Positions 18,686 through 28,906 are shown, numbered from the stretch's first letter. The stretch: DNA of 64,000 nt from Eubacteriales bacterium (GCA_045539135.1 JAZQET010000002.1:593-64592); one strand, 5' to 3'. The notes: generated by a model from the sequence alone, not told the origin. Made by a program: numbers and translations.

Positions 18686-19443
18686 TGATCAAATCCTCTT
18701 TGAAGGGTATTCCGCCCGCCATCGATCAAAAGATCCACACCTGTGATAAAGGAGGCATCATCGGATGCCAGATACAGCACAGCCGAATTGATCTCTTTCA
18801 ATTCGGCAGCGCGCCCCAAGGCGGTGCGCATTTTCCCCATCGCTTCACGGGTCAACACGGGACCGGGAGAAACACAGTTGCAACGGATATTATATTTGGC
18901 GCCGTAGGCGGCGATGGATTTGGTCAGACCGTTCATTGCCGCGCTTTTGGAGGCGGCATAAGAAACATTATGCTTACAGCCTTCAACGCCTGTAATAGAG
19001 CCGATATTAATGATCACACCGCTCTTTTGCTCCCGCATCTGCTTCAGCACCGCGTGGGCAAAATAAAGCTGACCCTTCAAGTTCACATCGATGCCCCAAT
19101 CATACACCTCGATGGGCACATCGGGGAATTCCATTCCGGTGACACCCAGCATACGGGTCTCGGCACCGCCTGCAAAATTCACCAAAAGGTCAATGGAACC
19201 ATAGGTTTCCACCGCCCGATCCCGCACGGCGCAAACCTGCTCATAATCGCGCACATCGCAAACCACCCCAATGGCGCACCCTGCACGCATAAGATTCAAT
19301 TCTTCCGCCGCCTGATCCAGCGATGCCGCGGAAATATCACTCATCACCACATTGCCGCCCTCGGCTACCCAGCATTTACTGAAATGGAGACCCATTCCGG
19401 AAGCGGCGCCTGTAATGATGGCAGTTCTATTTTGAAATCGCAT
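18682..19443 (-). CDS. SDR-family oxidoreductase
   Basis: TGAASGMG Rossmann motif and the YAASKSA catalytic motif. Confidence 0.85.
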   Translation of the reverse strand: MRFQNRTAIITGAASGMGLHFSKCWVAEGGNVVMSDISAASLDQAAEELNLMRAGCAIGVVCDVRDYEQVCAVRDRAVETYGSIDLLVNFAGGAETRMLGVTGMEFPDVPIEVYDWGIDVNLKGQLYFAHAVLKQMREQKSGVIINIGSITGVEGCKHNVSYAASKSAAMNGLTKSIAAYGAKYNIRCNCVSPGPVLTREAMGKMRTALGRAAELKEINSAVLYLASDDASFITGVDLLIDGGRNTLQRGFDQ

Positions 19444-19577
19444 AAAATCAACCCCTTTTCTTCATTTTAATGAAAGGGAATGGGATTGGCAATAGTGAAA
19501 ACGATTATTTTTATCTTTTTCGATACTATTTTCAAAATAAACTTGAATTTTTTTAACAATTTTAGTATTATGAAGGT

Positions 19578-20330
19578 ATGAAAGACATTACTGTGACGAA
19601 AATCGAAGAAGTTTATACCGTGCTCTCCCCCAAGGGGCGGCTTTTTGAAATGATCGAGCGCCCCTGCTATGGGCTTTCCCTTTGCATAGACGGGCAGATC
19701 ACCTACAGCCATAAAGGCAAGACCTATCTTTCCGATCCCGATCACGCAGTGCTTTTGCCCAAAGGGCAAAGCTACACCCTCTACGGAGATAAGGCGGGAT
19801 CTTTCCCTGTGATCGATTTTCAATGCACCGATTTTGATTGCGACACCTTTTTGGTCTTTCCCTTGCCCAACCGCGAGGCGGTACTCCAAGAATTTGAACA
19901 GATCAAGGTCCTTTCCTTTCACCCCGAACAGCGGTTGAAGATGATGGCGCTTTTTTATGAACTATTAAGCAATTTGACCGCCCATCACTCTGTGGGAAAC
20001 CGTCGGCTGAATGCGGCGCATCTTTATTTGGAAGCCCATCTGCAGGAGCCGGACCTCAATAACACCCGCTTGGCTTGTGCCGCAGGGATCAGCGAGGTAT
20101 ATCTCCGCAAGCTCTTTTTACAGCAGCACGGTCTTTCCCCCAAGCAGTTTATTCTGGAGCGGCGGCTGACCAATGCCAAGCGCCTTTTGACCAACAGCCG
20201 CGCATCGGTAACCGCAGTTGCGGAGGAATGCGGCTTTTCGGGAGTTTACCATTTCTGCCGCATCTTCAAAGAAAAGGTAGGGCTCACCCCCACCGAATAC
20301 CGCAAGCAAAACAGCATCATCGGCATATAA
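19578..20330 (+). CDS. AraC-family transcriptional regulator
   Basis: Cupin-like N-terminus and a C-terminal dual HTH (AGISEVYLRKLF...GFSGVYHFCRIFK). Divergent from the dehydrogenase operon. Confidence 0.85.
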   Translation: MKDITVTKIEEVYTVLSPKGRLFEMIERPCYGLSLCIDGQITYSHKGKTYLSDPDHAVLLPKGQSYTLYGDKAGSFPVIDFQCTDFDCDTFLVFPLPNREAVLQEFEQIKVLSFHPEQRLKMMALFYELLSNLTAHHSVGNRRLNAAHLYLEAHLQEPDLNNTRLACAAGISEVYLRKLFLQQHGLSPKQFILERRLTNAKRLLTNSRASVTAVAEECGFSGVYHFCRIFKEKVGLTPTEYRKQNSIIGI

Positions 20331-20360
20331 AAAAGTTCGCATCTTTCGATGCGAACTTTA
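20330..20360. terminator. Bidirectional terminator between the araC-type and lysR-type genes
   Basis: aaaaagttcgcatc tttc gatgcgaacttt. Confidence 0.7.
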
Positions 20361-20361
20361 T

Positions 20362-21273
20362 TTATTGTGCTTGCTTTTTGACCGCTTCTATAAAAGCGCG
20401 GTCCAAGGGGGTAAGAGTATAATCGTGGCGATAGATCAGCACATCCTTATAAACCCGACTGTTGGATTTGGCGGGGCGCTGCACCAGATGATACTTTTGC
20501 AAAAGATCCTCCGACAGAGGCGAGACCCACATAAAAGCCTCGGGCATCTTTTCCAGCAGGCTGAATTGGCTTGCCCGCTCATAGATGTTGATTCGCTTAT
20601 CCACATACTCCGAAAGCTCCGCCTTCTTCACATCCAGTTGGGGAAGATTGGGCACATAGGGGTCTGCGTGGCAGATCTCAAAGTAAGGTGCCAACTCCTC
20701 GGGAGCAATCACCTCTTTTGCCGCCAAGGGATGGTTTTCATTCATCAGCAGGCAATAGGAGAATTCCGCGATGGTCTCACTCACCAGTTTTTTCTCTTCA
20801 AACTGGATCTTATAATACTGCTCGAAGCTTTCCTGATACCGCACGATCCCCAGATTAAACTCCTCTTTCACCACATTATTGAGGGTGCGCATGGAGTTGG
20901 TTTCCTTATAATAAATATCGGCGGGGGCCTCTGTGCTCAGATGGGCAGAAAATGCCGCAAACGCCTCGGAAATATAGGTGGCGCGGGGCACCGATACCGA
21001 AAAACGCTGACTGTTGCGATTGGTATGGTAAAACTCCTCCATCTTATCCACCTGCTTGATGATGCGGCGGGCATTATGAAGAAATTCCTCCCCCTCGGGA
21101 GTGATGGAGATGCCCTTGGGGGTACGGTTGAAAATAACGATCCCCAAGGATTCTTCCAACTCGCGAATGGCACGGCTCAAATTTGGCTGGCCCATATAGA
21201 AGTTTTCCGCCGCTTTACTGATGGATTTTGTGTTTGCGATCTCGACCGCATATTTTAAGTGAACAATATTCAT
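20362..21273 (-). CDS. LysR-family transcriptional regulator
   Basis: N-terminal wHTH LKYAVEIANTKSISKAAENFYMGQPNLSRAIRELE; 303 aa. Confidence 0.85.
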   Translation of the reverse strand: MNIVHLKYAVEIANTKSISKAAENFYMGQPNLSRAIRELEESLGIVIFNRTPKGISITPEGEEFLHNARRIIKQVDKMEEFYHTNRNSQRFSVSVPRATYISEAFAAFSAHLSTEAPADIYYKETNSMRTLNNVVKEEFNLGIVRYQESFEQYYKIQFEEKKLVSETIAEFSYCLLMNENHPLAAKEVIAPEELAPYFEICHADPYVPNLPQLDVKKAELSEYVDKRINIYERASQFSLLEKMPEAFMWVSPLSEDLLQKYHLVQRPAKSNSRVYKDVLIYRHDYTLTPLDRAFIEAVKKQAQ

Positions 21274-21276
21274 AGA

Positions 21277-21747
21277 TCAATAGCCGCTATAATCTCCGAA
21301 ATCGGCACCGGAGGTAAACTCTCCGTTTGCAAGTCCTGCCGAAATCAATGCCACCAGCAGAACGACCATCACAATGGCAAGCACAAGCCCGATCCCTAAA
21401 AAGATCAGTTGAACTCTTGCCCAGTTACGGAAGGTGGTATTGCGCTCGGTGCCGCCGAAGGCCCAAATACACATCATCACAACGTATACCAAATAGCCCA
21501 CGCCGGGGATCATGGGGATCAGGTGATATAAAAACCACTTTCCCATAGAGATGGGTTCTTCATCCCCGTTCTCCACCTTTTGATAGATGGGAGGAGCCTG
21601 ATAGACAGGCACCTTGGGTGCGGCAGGAGTTGCCGCAGGCTGCTCGGTCTCTTCCTTGGGCCTTGCTTCATAAAGCAACACCCCGCATTTGGCGCAAACG
21701 CGGCTGTCATCCAAATTTTCTGCGCCGCAATTCTGACAATACTTCAT
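21277..21747 (-). CDS. Zinc-ribbon membrane protein
   Basis: N-terminus MKYCQNCGAEN..CAKCG (CxxC..CxxC). The C-terminal two-TM module (GKWFLYHLIPMIPGVGY...TFRNWARV...) is paralogous to the tail of the upstream Alr. Confidence 0.7.
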   Translation of the reverse strand: MKYCQNCGAENLDDSRVCAKCGVLLYEARPKEETEQPAATPAAPKVPVYQAPPIYQKVENGDEEPISMGKWFLYHLIPMIPGVGYLVYVVMMCIWAFGGTERNTTFRNWARVQLIFLGIGLVLAIVMVVLLVALISAGLANGEFTSGADFGDYSGY

Positions 21748-21759
21748 CTTAAATCCCTC

Positions 21760-23151
21760 CTATGTTGCATATAAAAACTTATCACCTAAAAAAACAATTA
21801 AAACTACAGTTATAACAAGATACAGTGCCACAAAAATGCCACCAATAAGCAACGAAGATCGCGCCCAATTTCGGAAAGTTTTATTTCGCTCCTTTCCAAA
21901 GGACCATATTAATAACATCGCAATGTAAGCAGGGATACCAACCACGGGAATTAATGGAATCAACCAATACAAGAGCCATTTCCCAACCGAGATCTCCTCT
22001 GTCGAAGCCGTCGTTACCGTTTCTGTTGCACTATGTTCATAGATTTTTCCCTTATACACCCGCGGAACCCGTTTACTGATTCTGCAGATCAATTCATAAT
22101 GAATAGTGCCGGCAGTTTTTGCCACTTCATTGAAGTCTACCGCACCGCCCATCAGCACCGCCTCATCTCCCACCTTACAGGGGACATCGGTTACATCCAC
22201 CATCATCTGATCCATACAAACGCTGCCCAGCACCGGTGCCAAGCGACCGCCGATCCAAACCGTTCCCCGATTGGACAGGCAACGGGGATAGCCGTCGGCA
22301 TAGCCCACGCTTAAGGTGGCCACGCGGCAGGGCTTTTGGGTGGTATACCGCCGCCCGTAGCTGATATCTCTGCCTGCAGGCAGATCCTTGATATGGGAGA
22401 TCACCGTTTTGAAGGTCATTGCCGTTTGGAAGGGGTTTTCCCTGCCGCCCGGCTCATGGCCGTAAAGCACGATCCCTGCCCGCACCATATCCAACTGATA
22501 GCGGGGGTCGGAAAAGGCACCTGCACTGTTGGCAATATGGCAAAGGGGGCAGATCCCTTCTTCCTTCAGCAAAGCGCGCACCGCTTCAAAGCGGGCAAAC
22601 TGCTCTTGGGTATAGGCTTCTTCCCCATCGGTATCCGCCACCGAGAAGTGCGAGAACAAGCCCTCCACCTCCAGATAAGGCAATGCGGCAACGGTTTTGA
22701 TGGTCTCTGCCGCCTTTTGGGGGTCAAAGGCATCCAAGCCGATGCGCCCCATCCCTGTATCCAACGCGATATGGATCTTCACCCGCTCGCCCCGCTTTTC
22801 CGCCGCGGCATTCAGCCCCTTTGCGGTGGAAAGATCAAAGACGGTTTGGGTGATCTTCAACGCACAAACACGCTCATAAAATTCGGGAGCGGTATAACCC
22901 AAAATCAGGATGGGCTTTTGGATCCCCAGCGCCCGCAGTTCCTCTGCCTCTTGCAGGCAGGAAACACCGAAATAATCGGCGCCTTCCCTCTCTAAAAGAG
23001 CCGCAACCCGTTCCACGCCGTGCCCATAGGCATTGGCCTTCACCACCGCCATCACCCGCACATGGGGTGCCACTTGGTTACGCACGGTATGGAAATTTTC
23101 TTTGATGGCGGAAAGGTCGATCTCCGCCCAGCTTCTTCTAAAATGCTCCAT
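21760..23151 (-). CDS. alr: Alanine racemase with a C-terminal membrane-module extension
   Basis: PLP-Lys motif AVVKANAYGHG and an Alr C-terminal barrel ending ...RVPRVYK. About 90 extra residues follow, containing two TM helices. Confidence 0.85.
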   Translation of the reverse strand: MEHFRRSWAEIDLSAIKENFHTVRNQVAPHVRVMAVVKANAYGHGVERVAALLEREGADYFGVSCLQEAEELRALGIQKPILILGYTAPEFYERVCALKITQTVFDLSTAKGLNAAAEKRGERVKIHIALDTGMGRIGLDAFDPQKAAETIKTVAALPYLEVEGLFSHFSVADTDGEEAYTQEQFARFEAVRALLKEEGICPLCHIANSAGAFSDPRYQLDMVRAGIVLYGHEPGGRENPFQTAMTFKTVISHIKDLPAGRDISYGRRYTTQKPCRVATLSVGYADGYPRCLSNRGTVWIGGRLAPVLGSVCMDQMMVDVTDVPCKVGDEAVLMGGAVDFNEVAKTAGTIHYELICRISKRVPRVYKGKIYEHSATETVTTASTEEISVGKWLLYWLIPLIPVVGIPAYIAMLLIWSFGKERNKTFRNWARSSLLIGGIFVALYLVITVVLIVFLGDKFLYAT

Positions 23152-24553
23152 GGTTCAACTCCATCCAAGCAGTACTGATTTTTGCGGCAACCTCTTCCGG
23201 CTGCAGGGTAAAAACACTTTGCTCTTCCGCCGCAAGATGCGCCGCCCGATTATGCAGATAAACGCCCAATTTTGCGCTTTCAAAGGCATCGGTACCGCCG
23301 GCAAGAAGCCCTGCGATCAACCCTGCCAAAAGGTCGCCGCTTCCGCCCTTTGCCAACCCCGAACAGGGGGCGGACAAAAAGACGGTACATGCACCGTCGG
23401 TGATCACCGTTGCCGCATCCTTCAGCACCAAAACGCATTGGTAGCGGCGGGCAAACTCTTCCGCAAGTTGCAAGCGGTTTTCCCGCAGTTCCTCGGGGCG
23501 CACTCCTAAAAGGCGGGCAAACTCACCCATATGGGGAGTAAGTACCGTAACACCCTCGCGGGGAGCGAGAAAGGCTTGCAGATGCCAAAGACCGTCTCCA
23601 TCCACCACCAAGGGGCGGTGGGACAGCCAAAGCTTTTTCATTCTTCTTGCGGCGCTTCTTCCTCTGCCAAGACCGCTTCCGCCCAAATAGACATCCCACT
23701 TCAGGGGAAAGAGAGCGCGGGGGGAGCGCAAAACAGGACCGTAAAACTTCGCCGCAGCGGCTTTTCGCGCCCCTTGGGGCAGATAGCCAAAGACCAGCCC
23801 TGCGCCGCTTTTCAGTGCACCGCAAAGGGCAAGTGCCGCCGCTCCGCTATAAACCGAGGAGCCCACCAAAAGACCCACCGTTCCGTAGCGGTTTTTATGC
23901 CCCCATTCACTGCGAGGGGGCAGGTGCGGAACAAGGCTCTCCCGCCTGATCCCTTGGGCATACTTTTTGGGGATGCCGATCTCCTTCACCACCACCTTGC
24001 CGCAATCGGCAAGAAAGTGGCAGGGCTTGGGGTAGGCAAAGGTAACCGTTAATTCCGGCTTCAAGGTTCCTTGGGAGCAAACACCGCTTTCGCCGTTCAT
24101 TCCTGCGGGCAGGTCGATGGCGGCAACAGGTACGGTGATCTTCTCAAAGACCGCCTGCACCTCTTGGGGAAGCGTTCCCCGAAAGCCGGTGCCGAACACC
24201 CCTTCCACCACCAGCGGATAGCCCGCAGGCTCGGTCACAAAGGGAATGCCCAACGCCTTGCATTTTTCATAATAATAAGTACAGTCGGGGGAGCGCTCTT
24301 CGCCGCCCACCGCCATAAGGGCAGGCTGATAGCGGGGATACAAAAGGCAGGCAAGGGCATAGGCATCGCCGCCGTTATTACCTGCGCCTGCCAAGAGCAG
24401 GACCCGCTCCTCCCCTTTTTCTTCCAACCAACGGGTGATCTCTTCATAGAGGGCTTCCGCCGCCCGTTGCATCAACTGCAGAGAGGTGCAATAGCCCTCC
24501 TCCACCGTTTGCAGATCCATTGCCCGCATCTCTGCGGGGGTCACGATCTTCAT
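23138..24553 (-). CDS. nnr: Bifunctional NAD(P)H-hydrate repair enzyme (epimerase / ADP-dependent dehydratase)
   Basis: YjeF_N motif GAGNNGGD and the C-terminal kinase-fold motif GGSGDLLAG. Confidence 0.85.
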   Translation of the reverse strand: MKIVTPAEMRAMDLQTVEEGYCTSLQLMQRAAEALYEEITRWLEEKGEERVLLLAGAGNNGGDAYALACLLYPRYQPALMAVGGEERSPDCTYYYEKCKALGIPFVTEPAGYPLVVEGVFGTGFRGTLPQEVQAVFEKITVPVAAIDLPAGMNGESGVCSQGTLKPELTVTFAYPKPCHFLADCGKVVVKEIGIPKKYAQGIRRESLVPHLPPRSEWGHKNRYGTVGLLVGSSVYSGAAALALCGALKSGAGLVFGYLPQGARKAAAAKFYGPVLRSPRALFPLKWDVYLGGSGLGRGRSAARRMKKLWLSHRPLVVDGDGLWHLQAFLAPREGVTVLTPHMGEFARLLGVRPEELRENRLQLAEEFARRYQCVLVLKDAATVITDGACTVFLSAPCSGLAKGGSGDLLAGLIAGLLAGGTDAFESAKLGVYLHNRAAHLAAEEQSVFTLQPEEVAAKISTAWMELNHGAF

Positions 24554-25032
24554 CTTTCCTTCCCGCGGGCGCGCACGGCAAAAGCCTCCCGCAACCGCTC
24601 ATTGGGTTGGAAGAGGATGCAGACCTTCTCCCCGTTTTTCTTTCGGGTGATCCAGAAATACTCCGGCTCTTCTCCCTGATGGCTCAAAAAGGAACGAATA
24701 TTTTGGGTGCCTGCGGGAAGATGCTCGATAGGACCGTAGCACTCGGTTTTGGTGAGGTCCGCTTTCATCAGTTCCCGACGGCGCTCTTTATTAATGATCT
24801 TGGTAAAGGTGATCTCATCCTCAATAAAGGTATATTCCAATTCATAATTATAGGATGCCAGCACCCGATAGGACACATAGCAGCACCCTGCGCAAAGCAA
24901 GATCCCGATGGGTCCCAAAAACATAATCAAAAAGATCCCCAATGCAAAGGGCAGAAGGGTACATAACGCCCGTTTCACCTGATCCGCACCGGTCAGACGG
25001 TAGGGCAAGCAATACTCAATAAAGTTTTCCAT
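24550..25032 (-). CDS. Hypothetical membrane protein
   Basis: ATG 25032 follows aaaggtgg. Two hydrophobic helices near the N-terminus, a soluble C-terminus, and 4-nt overlap with nnr. No family recognised. Confidence 0.55.
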   Translation of the reverse strand: MENFIEYCLPYRLTGADQVKRALCTLLPFALGIFLIMFLGPIGILLCAGCCYVSYRVLASYNYELEYTFIEDEITFTKIINKERRRELMKADLTKTECYGPIEHLPAGTQNIRSFLSHQGEEPEYFWITRKKNGEKVCILFQPNERLREAFAVRARGKER

Positions 25033-25099
25033 AAGGATACCACCTTTCTTAATATAGTATTTTAACATATTATATTGATAAATTCAATAAAAAAAGTTA

Positions 25100-25128
25100 T
25101 TGCTTTTTTATTTTTACTATGGTAGAAT
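25100..25128 (+). promoter_or_regulatory. Sigma70-type promoter for the pheST leader
   Basis: TTGCTT (25100-25105), 17-nt spacer, then TGgTAGAAT with an extended -10 (25123-25128). Confidence 0.55.
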
Positions 25129-25134
25129 GAGAGA

Positions 25135-25385
25135 AACGCGATGAACGAGCGTATAAAGATTATGTAAACCGGCAGACAGAGAGAAAATGCCATAGGCTGA
25201 AAGCATTTTGAGGCAGCGGTGCATCATCCATCTTCAACTCGGGAGCGGTGCTTGTAAAAAAAGCAACGGAGGCCTTTTCCGTTATCAGGGCACAGAGTGC
25301 CGTGCAATCCGCACGGAATTTGGGTGGTAACTCGGGTTTATTTTTCATTCTCGTCCCTTTTCGGGGCGGGAATTTTTATTTTTTT
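25135..25385 (+). promoter_or_regulatory. T-box leader (Phe specifier) with a terminator/antiterminator
   Basis: T-box sequence aatttGGGTGGTAaCtCGGG at 25317-25336. Candidate UUC specifier at 25233-25235, followed by A. Terminator stem 25349-25371 plus a T-run. Sits directly upstream of pheS. Confidence 0.8.
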
Positions 25386-25399
25386 GGAGGTTTTTGGCT

Positions 25400-26419
25400 A
25401 TGAAAGATCAATTAGAAGCCATCCGCGCCGCGGCGCGGGAGGCCTTGGCGGATTGCTCCGCCAAAGCCGATTTAGAGGCGTTGCGGGTTCGCTTTTTGGG
25501 TAAAAAAGGCGAGCTGACCGCACTTTTGCGGGGCATGGGTGCTTTGGCACCGGAAGACCGCCCCAAAATGGGCGCGCTGGTCAATGAGGTGCGGAGCGAG
25601 CTGGAAGCGGCTATGGAAGAAAAGCTCAACGCGCTGGAGCAGGCAGAGCTGGAAAAGCGCCTGCAGGAGGAGCAGTTGGATGTAACCGTTGGCGGCATCA
25701 CCGCACCTTACGGCAAAAAGCATCCCCTAACCCAAGTATTGGATGAGATCAAAGACATCTTCTTGGGAATGGGTTTCCAAATTGCCACCGGTCCCGAGGT
25801 AGAATTGGATCACTATAACTTTGAGGCATTGAATATGCCCAAAAACCATCCTGCCAGAGATACGCAGGATACCTTCTACATCACCGAAAACATTCTTCTG
25901 CGTACTCAAACCTCTCCCATGCAGGTGCGGGTAATGGAAAAGCAGAAGCCCCCCATCAAGGTGATCGCCCCCGGTCGGGTATATCGCTCCGATGAGGTGG
26001 ATGCCACCCACTCCCCCCTGTTCCATCAGGTGGAAGGTCTGGTGGTGGATAAGGGTATTCGGATGAGCGACTTGAAAGGCACCTTGGAACTTTTTGCCAA
26101 GCGTCTTTACGGCGAAGAGGCCGTGGTTCGCTTCCGTCCCCATCACTTCTCCTTTACCGAGCCTTCCGCAGAGATGGATATCCGCTGCTTCTCTTGCGGC
26201 GGGAAGGGCTGCCGCCTGTGCAAGGGCGAAGGCTGGATCGAGATCTTGGGCGCCGGTATGGTGCACCCCAAGGTTTTGGAAGGCTGCGGCATTGACCCCG
26301 AGGTCTATAGCGGCTTTGCTTTCGGCTTGGGTCTTGAGCGTATTGTGATGCGCCGTTATAATATCGACGATCTGCGGTTGTTCTTCGAAAATGACCTGCG
26401 GTTCCTGCAGCAATTTTAA
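25400..26419 (+). CDS. pheS: Phenylalanine--tRNA ligase alpha subunit
   Basis: Class II motifs ([19 protein letters not shown]). ATG 25400 lies 9 nt after GGAGG and is preferred over the TTG at 25394. Confidence 0.95.
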   Translation: MKDQLEAIRAAAREALADCSAKADLEALRVRFLGKKGELTALLRGMGALAPEDRPKMGALVNEVRSELEAAMEEKLNALEQAELEKRLQEEQLDVTVGGITAPYGKKHPLTQVLDEIKDIFLGMGFQIATGPEVELDHYNFEALNMPKNHPARDTQDTFYITENILLRTQTSPMQVRVMEKQKPPIKVIAPGRVYRSDEVDATHSPLFHQVEGLVVDKGIRMSDLKGTLELFAKRLYGEEAVVRFRPHHFSFTEPSAEMDIRCFSCGGKGCRLCKGEGWIEILGAGMVHPKVLEGCGIDPEVYSGFAFGLGLERIVMRRYNIDDLRLFFENDLRFLQQF

Positions 26420-26434
26420 GGGAGGTAAAATCAA

Positions 26435-28834
26435 ATGAATGTAACCAAAGGCTGGCTTGCCGATTTCACCGACCTGAAGGAATCGGCGGCAGAGATTGCA
26501 AAAGATATGACGATGAGCGGCTCCAAGGTGGAAACCTTCAGCTGCTGGAGCGATAACATTGAGCGGGTGGTGGTAGGCCATCTTCTGGAAGTGACCGACC
26601 ATCCCGACTCTGACCATTTGAAGGTCTGCCAAGTGGATGTGGGCGAAGGGGAACCCATCCAGATCATCACCGGTGCCCAAAACATCAAGGTGGGCGATTA
26701 TGTACCCGCCGCGCTGGACAATAGCCTTCTGCCCAACGGAATGAAGATCAAAAAAGGCAAACTGCGGGGTCTTCCCTCCAACGGTATGCTCTGCTCCTTG
26801 GGTGAGCTGAACCTGACGGTGGGTAATTTCCCCGAATGCATTGAAGACGGTATTATGATCCTCTCCGGCGAGCAGACCCCCGGCACCCCCATTGCGGAAG
26901 CGCTGGGGCTCAACGATCCCATGATCGAGTTTGAGATCACCCCCAACCGCCCCGATTGCCTTTCGGTAATCGGCTTGGCAAGAGAGGCGGCCGCCACCTA
27001 TCGCCGTCCCTTTAATAAGCATACCCCCGTCTTTACCGAAGACACTTCCGATAAAATTGAAAACTACCTGTCCGTGACGGTGGAAGAGCCTGTTGCCTGC
27101 CCCCGTTACAGCGCAAGAGTGGTGAAAAACATCAAGATCGGTCCCTCCCCCTTGTGGTTGCGGAACCGCTTGTATGCAGTGGGTGTTCGCCCCATTAATA
27201 ATGTGGTGGACATCACCAACTATGTGATGCTGGAATACGGTCAGCCCATGCACGCCTTTGATTACCGCCAGATCCGCGGGAAAGAGATCCATGTGAAGAT
27301 GGCGGGCGAGGGTGAAACGTTTGTGACCCTTGATAATCAGGAGCGCACCCTTTCCTCTTCGATGCTGACCATTGCCGATAAGGAAGGCACCATCGCAGTG
27401 GCAGGTGTGATGGGTGGTCTCAACAGTGAGATCGAAAACGATACCGCCACCATCGTCTTTGAATCGGCGAACTTCGACGGTGTGACCATCCGCAAGGCAT
27501 CCCGTGCCTTGGGTCTTCGTACCGACGCTTCCTCCCGCTATGAAAAGGGCTTGGATCCCGCTTTGGTGGAGGGCGCTCTGAACCGCGCCTGCGAATTGGC
27601 AGAGCAGCTGGCAGGCGGCACCGTGGTTGCAGGGGTTTTGGATGTAAACAACGATACCCGCGCCACCCGTGTGCTTCCCTTCCGCCCCGATCGGGTCAAT
27701 GCCTTCTTGGGCACCGAGATCGAAGCATCCTTTATGAAGGAATCTTTGGAGATGCTGGAGTTCTTGGTGGACGACAGTAAGGAGCCTTGGGCAGTAACCG
27801 TTCCCACCTTCCGCGATGATGTGGAGGGCGAGGCAGATCTGGCTGAAGAAGTGGTTCGTCTTTACGGATACGATAATATCCCCACCACCTTGGTGCATAT
27901 GGCAACCACCCAAGGAATGCTGACCCCCGCTCAAAGTATGCAAAAGACCCTCAATGATGCCCTGCTTGCCGCAGGTTATTATGAGATCTGCACCTATAGC
28001 TTTATCAGCCCCAAGATCTATGATAAACTGCTGCTCCCTGCAGACAGCGGATTCCGTCAGTCGGTGACCATCTCCAACCCCTTGGGTGAAGATACCAGCG
28101 TGATGCGTACCACCGCTCTGGGCAGTATGCTTGCCACTCTTGCCACCAACTATAACAACCGCAACCTGACCGCCCGCCTCTTTGAGCCTGCCACCACCTA
28201 TACCTACACCGGTCCCGATACCCTCCCCCATGAGCAGGTGGAATATGTGCTGGGTTGCTACGGCAAGGACGAAAGTTTCTACACCCTGAAGGGCGCGGTT
28301 CAGCAACTGCTGACCGCCGCAGGCATTCCCATGACCGAGGTGGAATTTGTGCCCAAAAAGGATTGTCCCTCTCTCCATCCCGGAAAGAGTGCCACCATCC
28401 TCTATAACGATCATATTTTGGGCTTTATGGGTGAAGTGCATCCCCTGCTGCCCGCTCAATTCGGTCTGCCGGAGCAGGTTTGGGTCGCCAACCTCTATTT
28501 TGAGGATATTCTTGCGGTTGAAAAGCCTGCCAAGGAATATCATCCTATGCCCAAATTCCCCGCCACCACCCGCGACCTTGCCTTTGTGTGTGAAAAGAGC
28601 CTGACCGTTGGCTCTATGGAAAAGGTGATGCGTGAGATGGGCGGCAATATCTTGGAGAGCGTTGCCCTCTTCGATATTTATGAAGGAAAGCAGATCGCCG
28701 AAGGAATGAAGAGCGTTGCCTTTAACCTGACCTTCCGCGCCGCAGACCGCACCTTGAGCGATGAAGAGATCGACCGCAAGATCAAAAAGATGATCACCGG
28801 CATCACCGCCTTGGGCGCCTCTTTGCGTTCCTAA
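26435..28834 (+). CDS. pheT: Phenylalanine--tRNA ligase beta subunit
   Basis: 799 aa with an N-terminal tRNA-binding domain plus B3/4, B5 and a FDX-ACB C-terminus. Follows pheS. Confidence 0.95.
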   Translation: MNVTKGWLADFTDLKESAAEIAKDMTMSGSKVETFSCWSDNIERVVVGHLLEVTDHPDSDHLKVCQVDVGEGEPIQIITGAQNIKVGDYVPAALDNSLLPNGMKIKKGKLRGLPSNGMLCSLGELNLTVGNFPECIEDGIMILSGEQTPGTPIAEALGLNDPMIEFEITPNRPDCLSVIGLAREAAATYRRPFNKHTPVFTEDTSDKIENYLSVTVEEPVACPRYSARVVKNIKIGPSPLWLRNRLYAVGVRPINNVVDITNYVMLEYGQPMHAFDYRQIRGKEIHVKMAGEGETFVTLDNQERTLSSSMLTIADKEGTIAVAGVMGGLNSEIENDTATIVFESANFDGVTIRKASRALGLRTDASSRYEKGLDPALVEGALNRACELAEQLAGGTVVAGVLDVNNDTRATRVLPFRPDRVNAFLGTEIEASFMKESLEMLEFLVDDSKEPWAVTVPTFRDDVEGEADLAEEVVRLYGYDNIPTTLVHMATTQGMLTPAQSMQKTLNDALLAAGYYEICTYSFISPKIYDKLLLPADSGFRQSVTISNPLGEDTSVMRTTALGSMLATLATNYNNRNLTARLFEPATTYTYTGPDTLPHEQVEYVLGCYGKDESFYTLKGAVQQLLTAAGIPMTEVEFVPKKDCPSLHPGKSATILYNDHILGFMGEVHPLLPAQFGLPEQVWVANLYFEDILAVEKPAKEYHPMPKFPATTRDLAFVCEKSLTVGSMEKVMREMGGNILESVALFDIYEGKQIAEGMKSVAFNLTFRAADRTLSDEEIDRKIKKMITGITALGASLRS

Positions 28835-28906
28835 TAAAAATAATACTTGTGTTCTTTTTGAAATTATTGTATACTAATAGTAACTTGATACAGGAGGTTC
28901 TTTAAA

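Noticed and set aside
19467-19922. 151-aa minus-strand ORF overlapping the AraC regulator start
   Set aside because: It overlaps a recognisable AraC-family gene and the AT-rich divergent promoter region, and carries no motif.
25727-28543. 938-aa minus-strand ORF antisense to pheS/pheT
   Set aside because: It overlaps two universally conserved aminoacyl-tRNA synthetase genes. The translation is G/H-rich with no recognisable domain and no start context.
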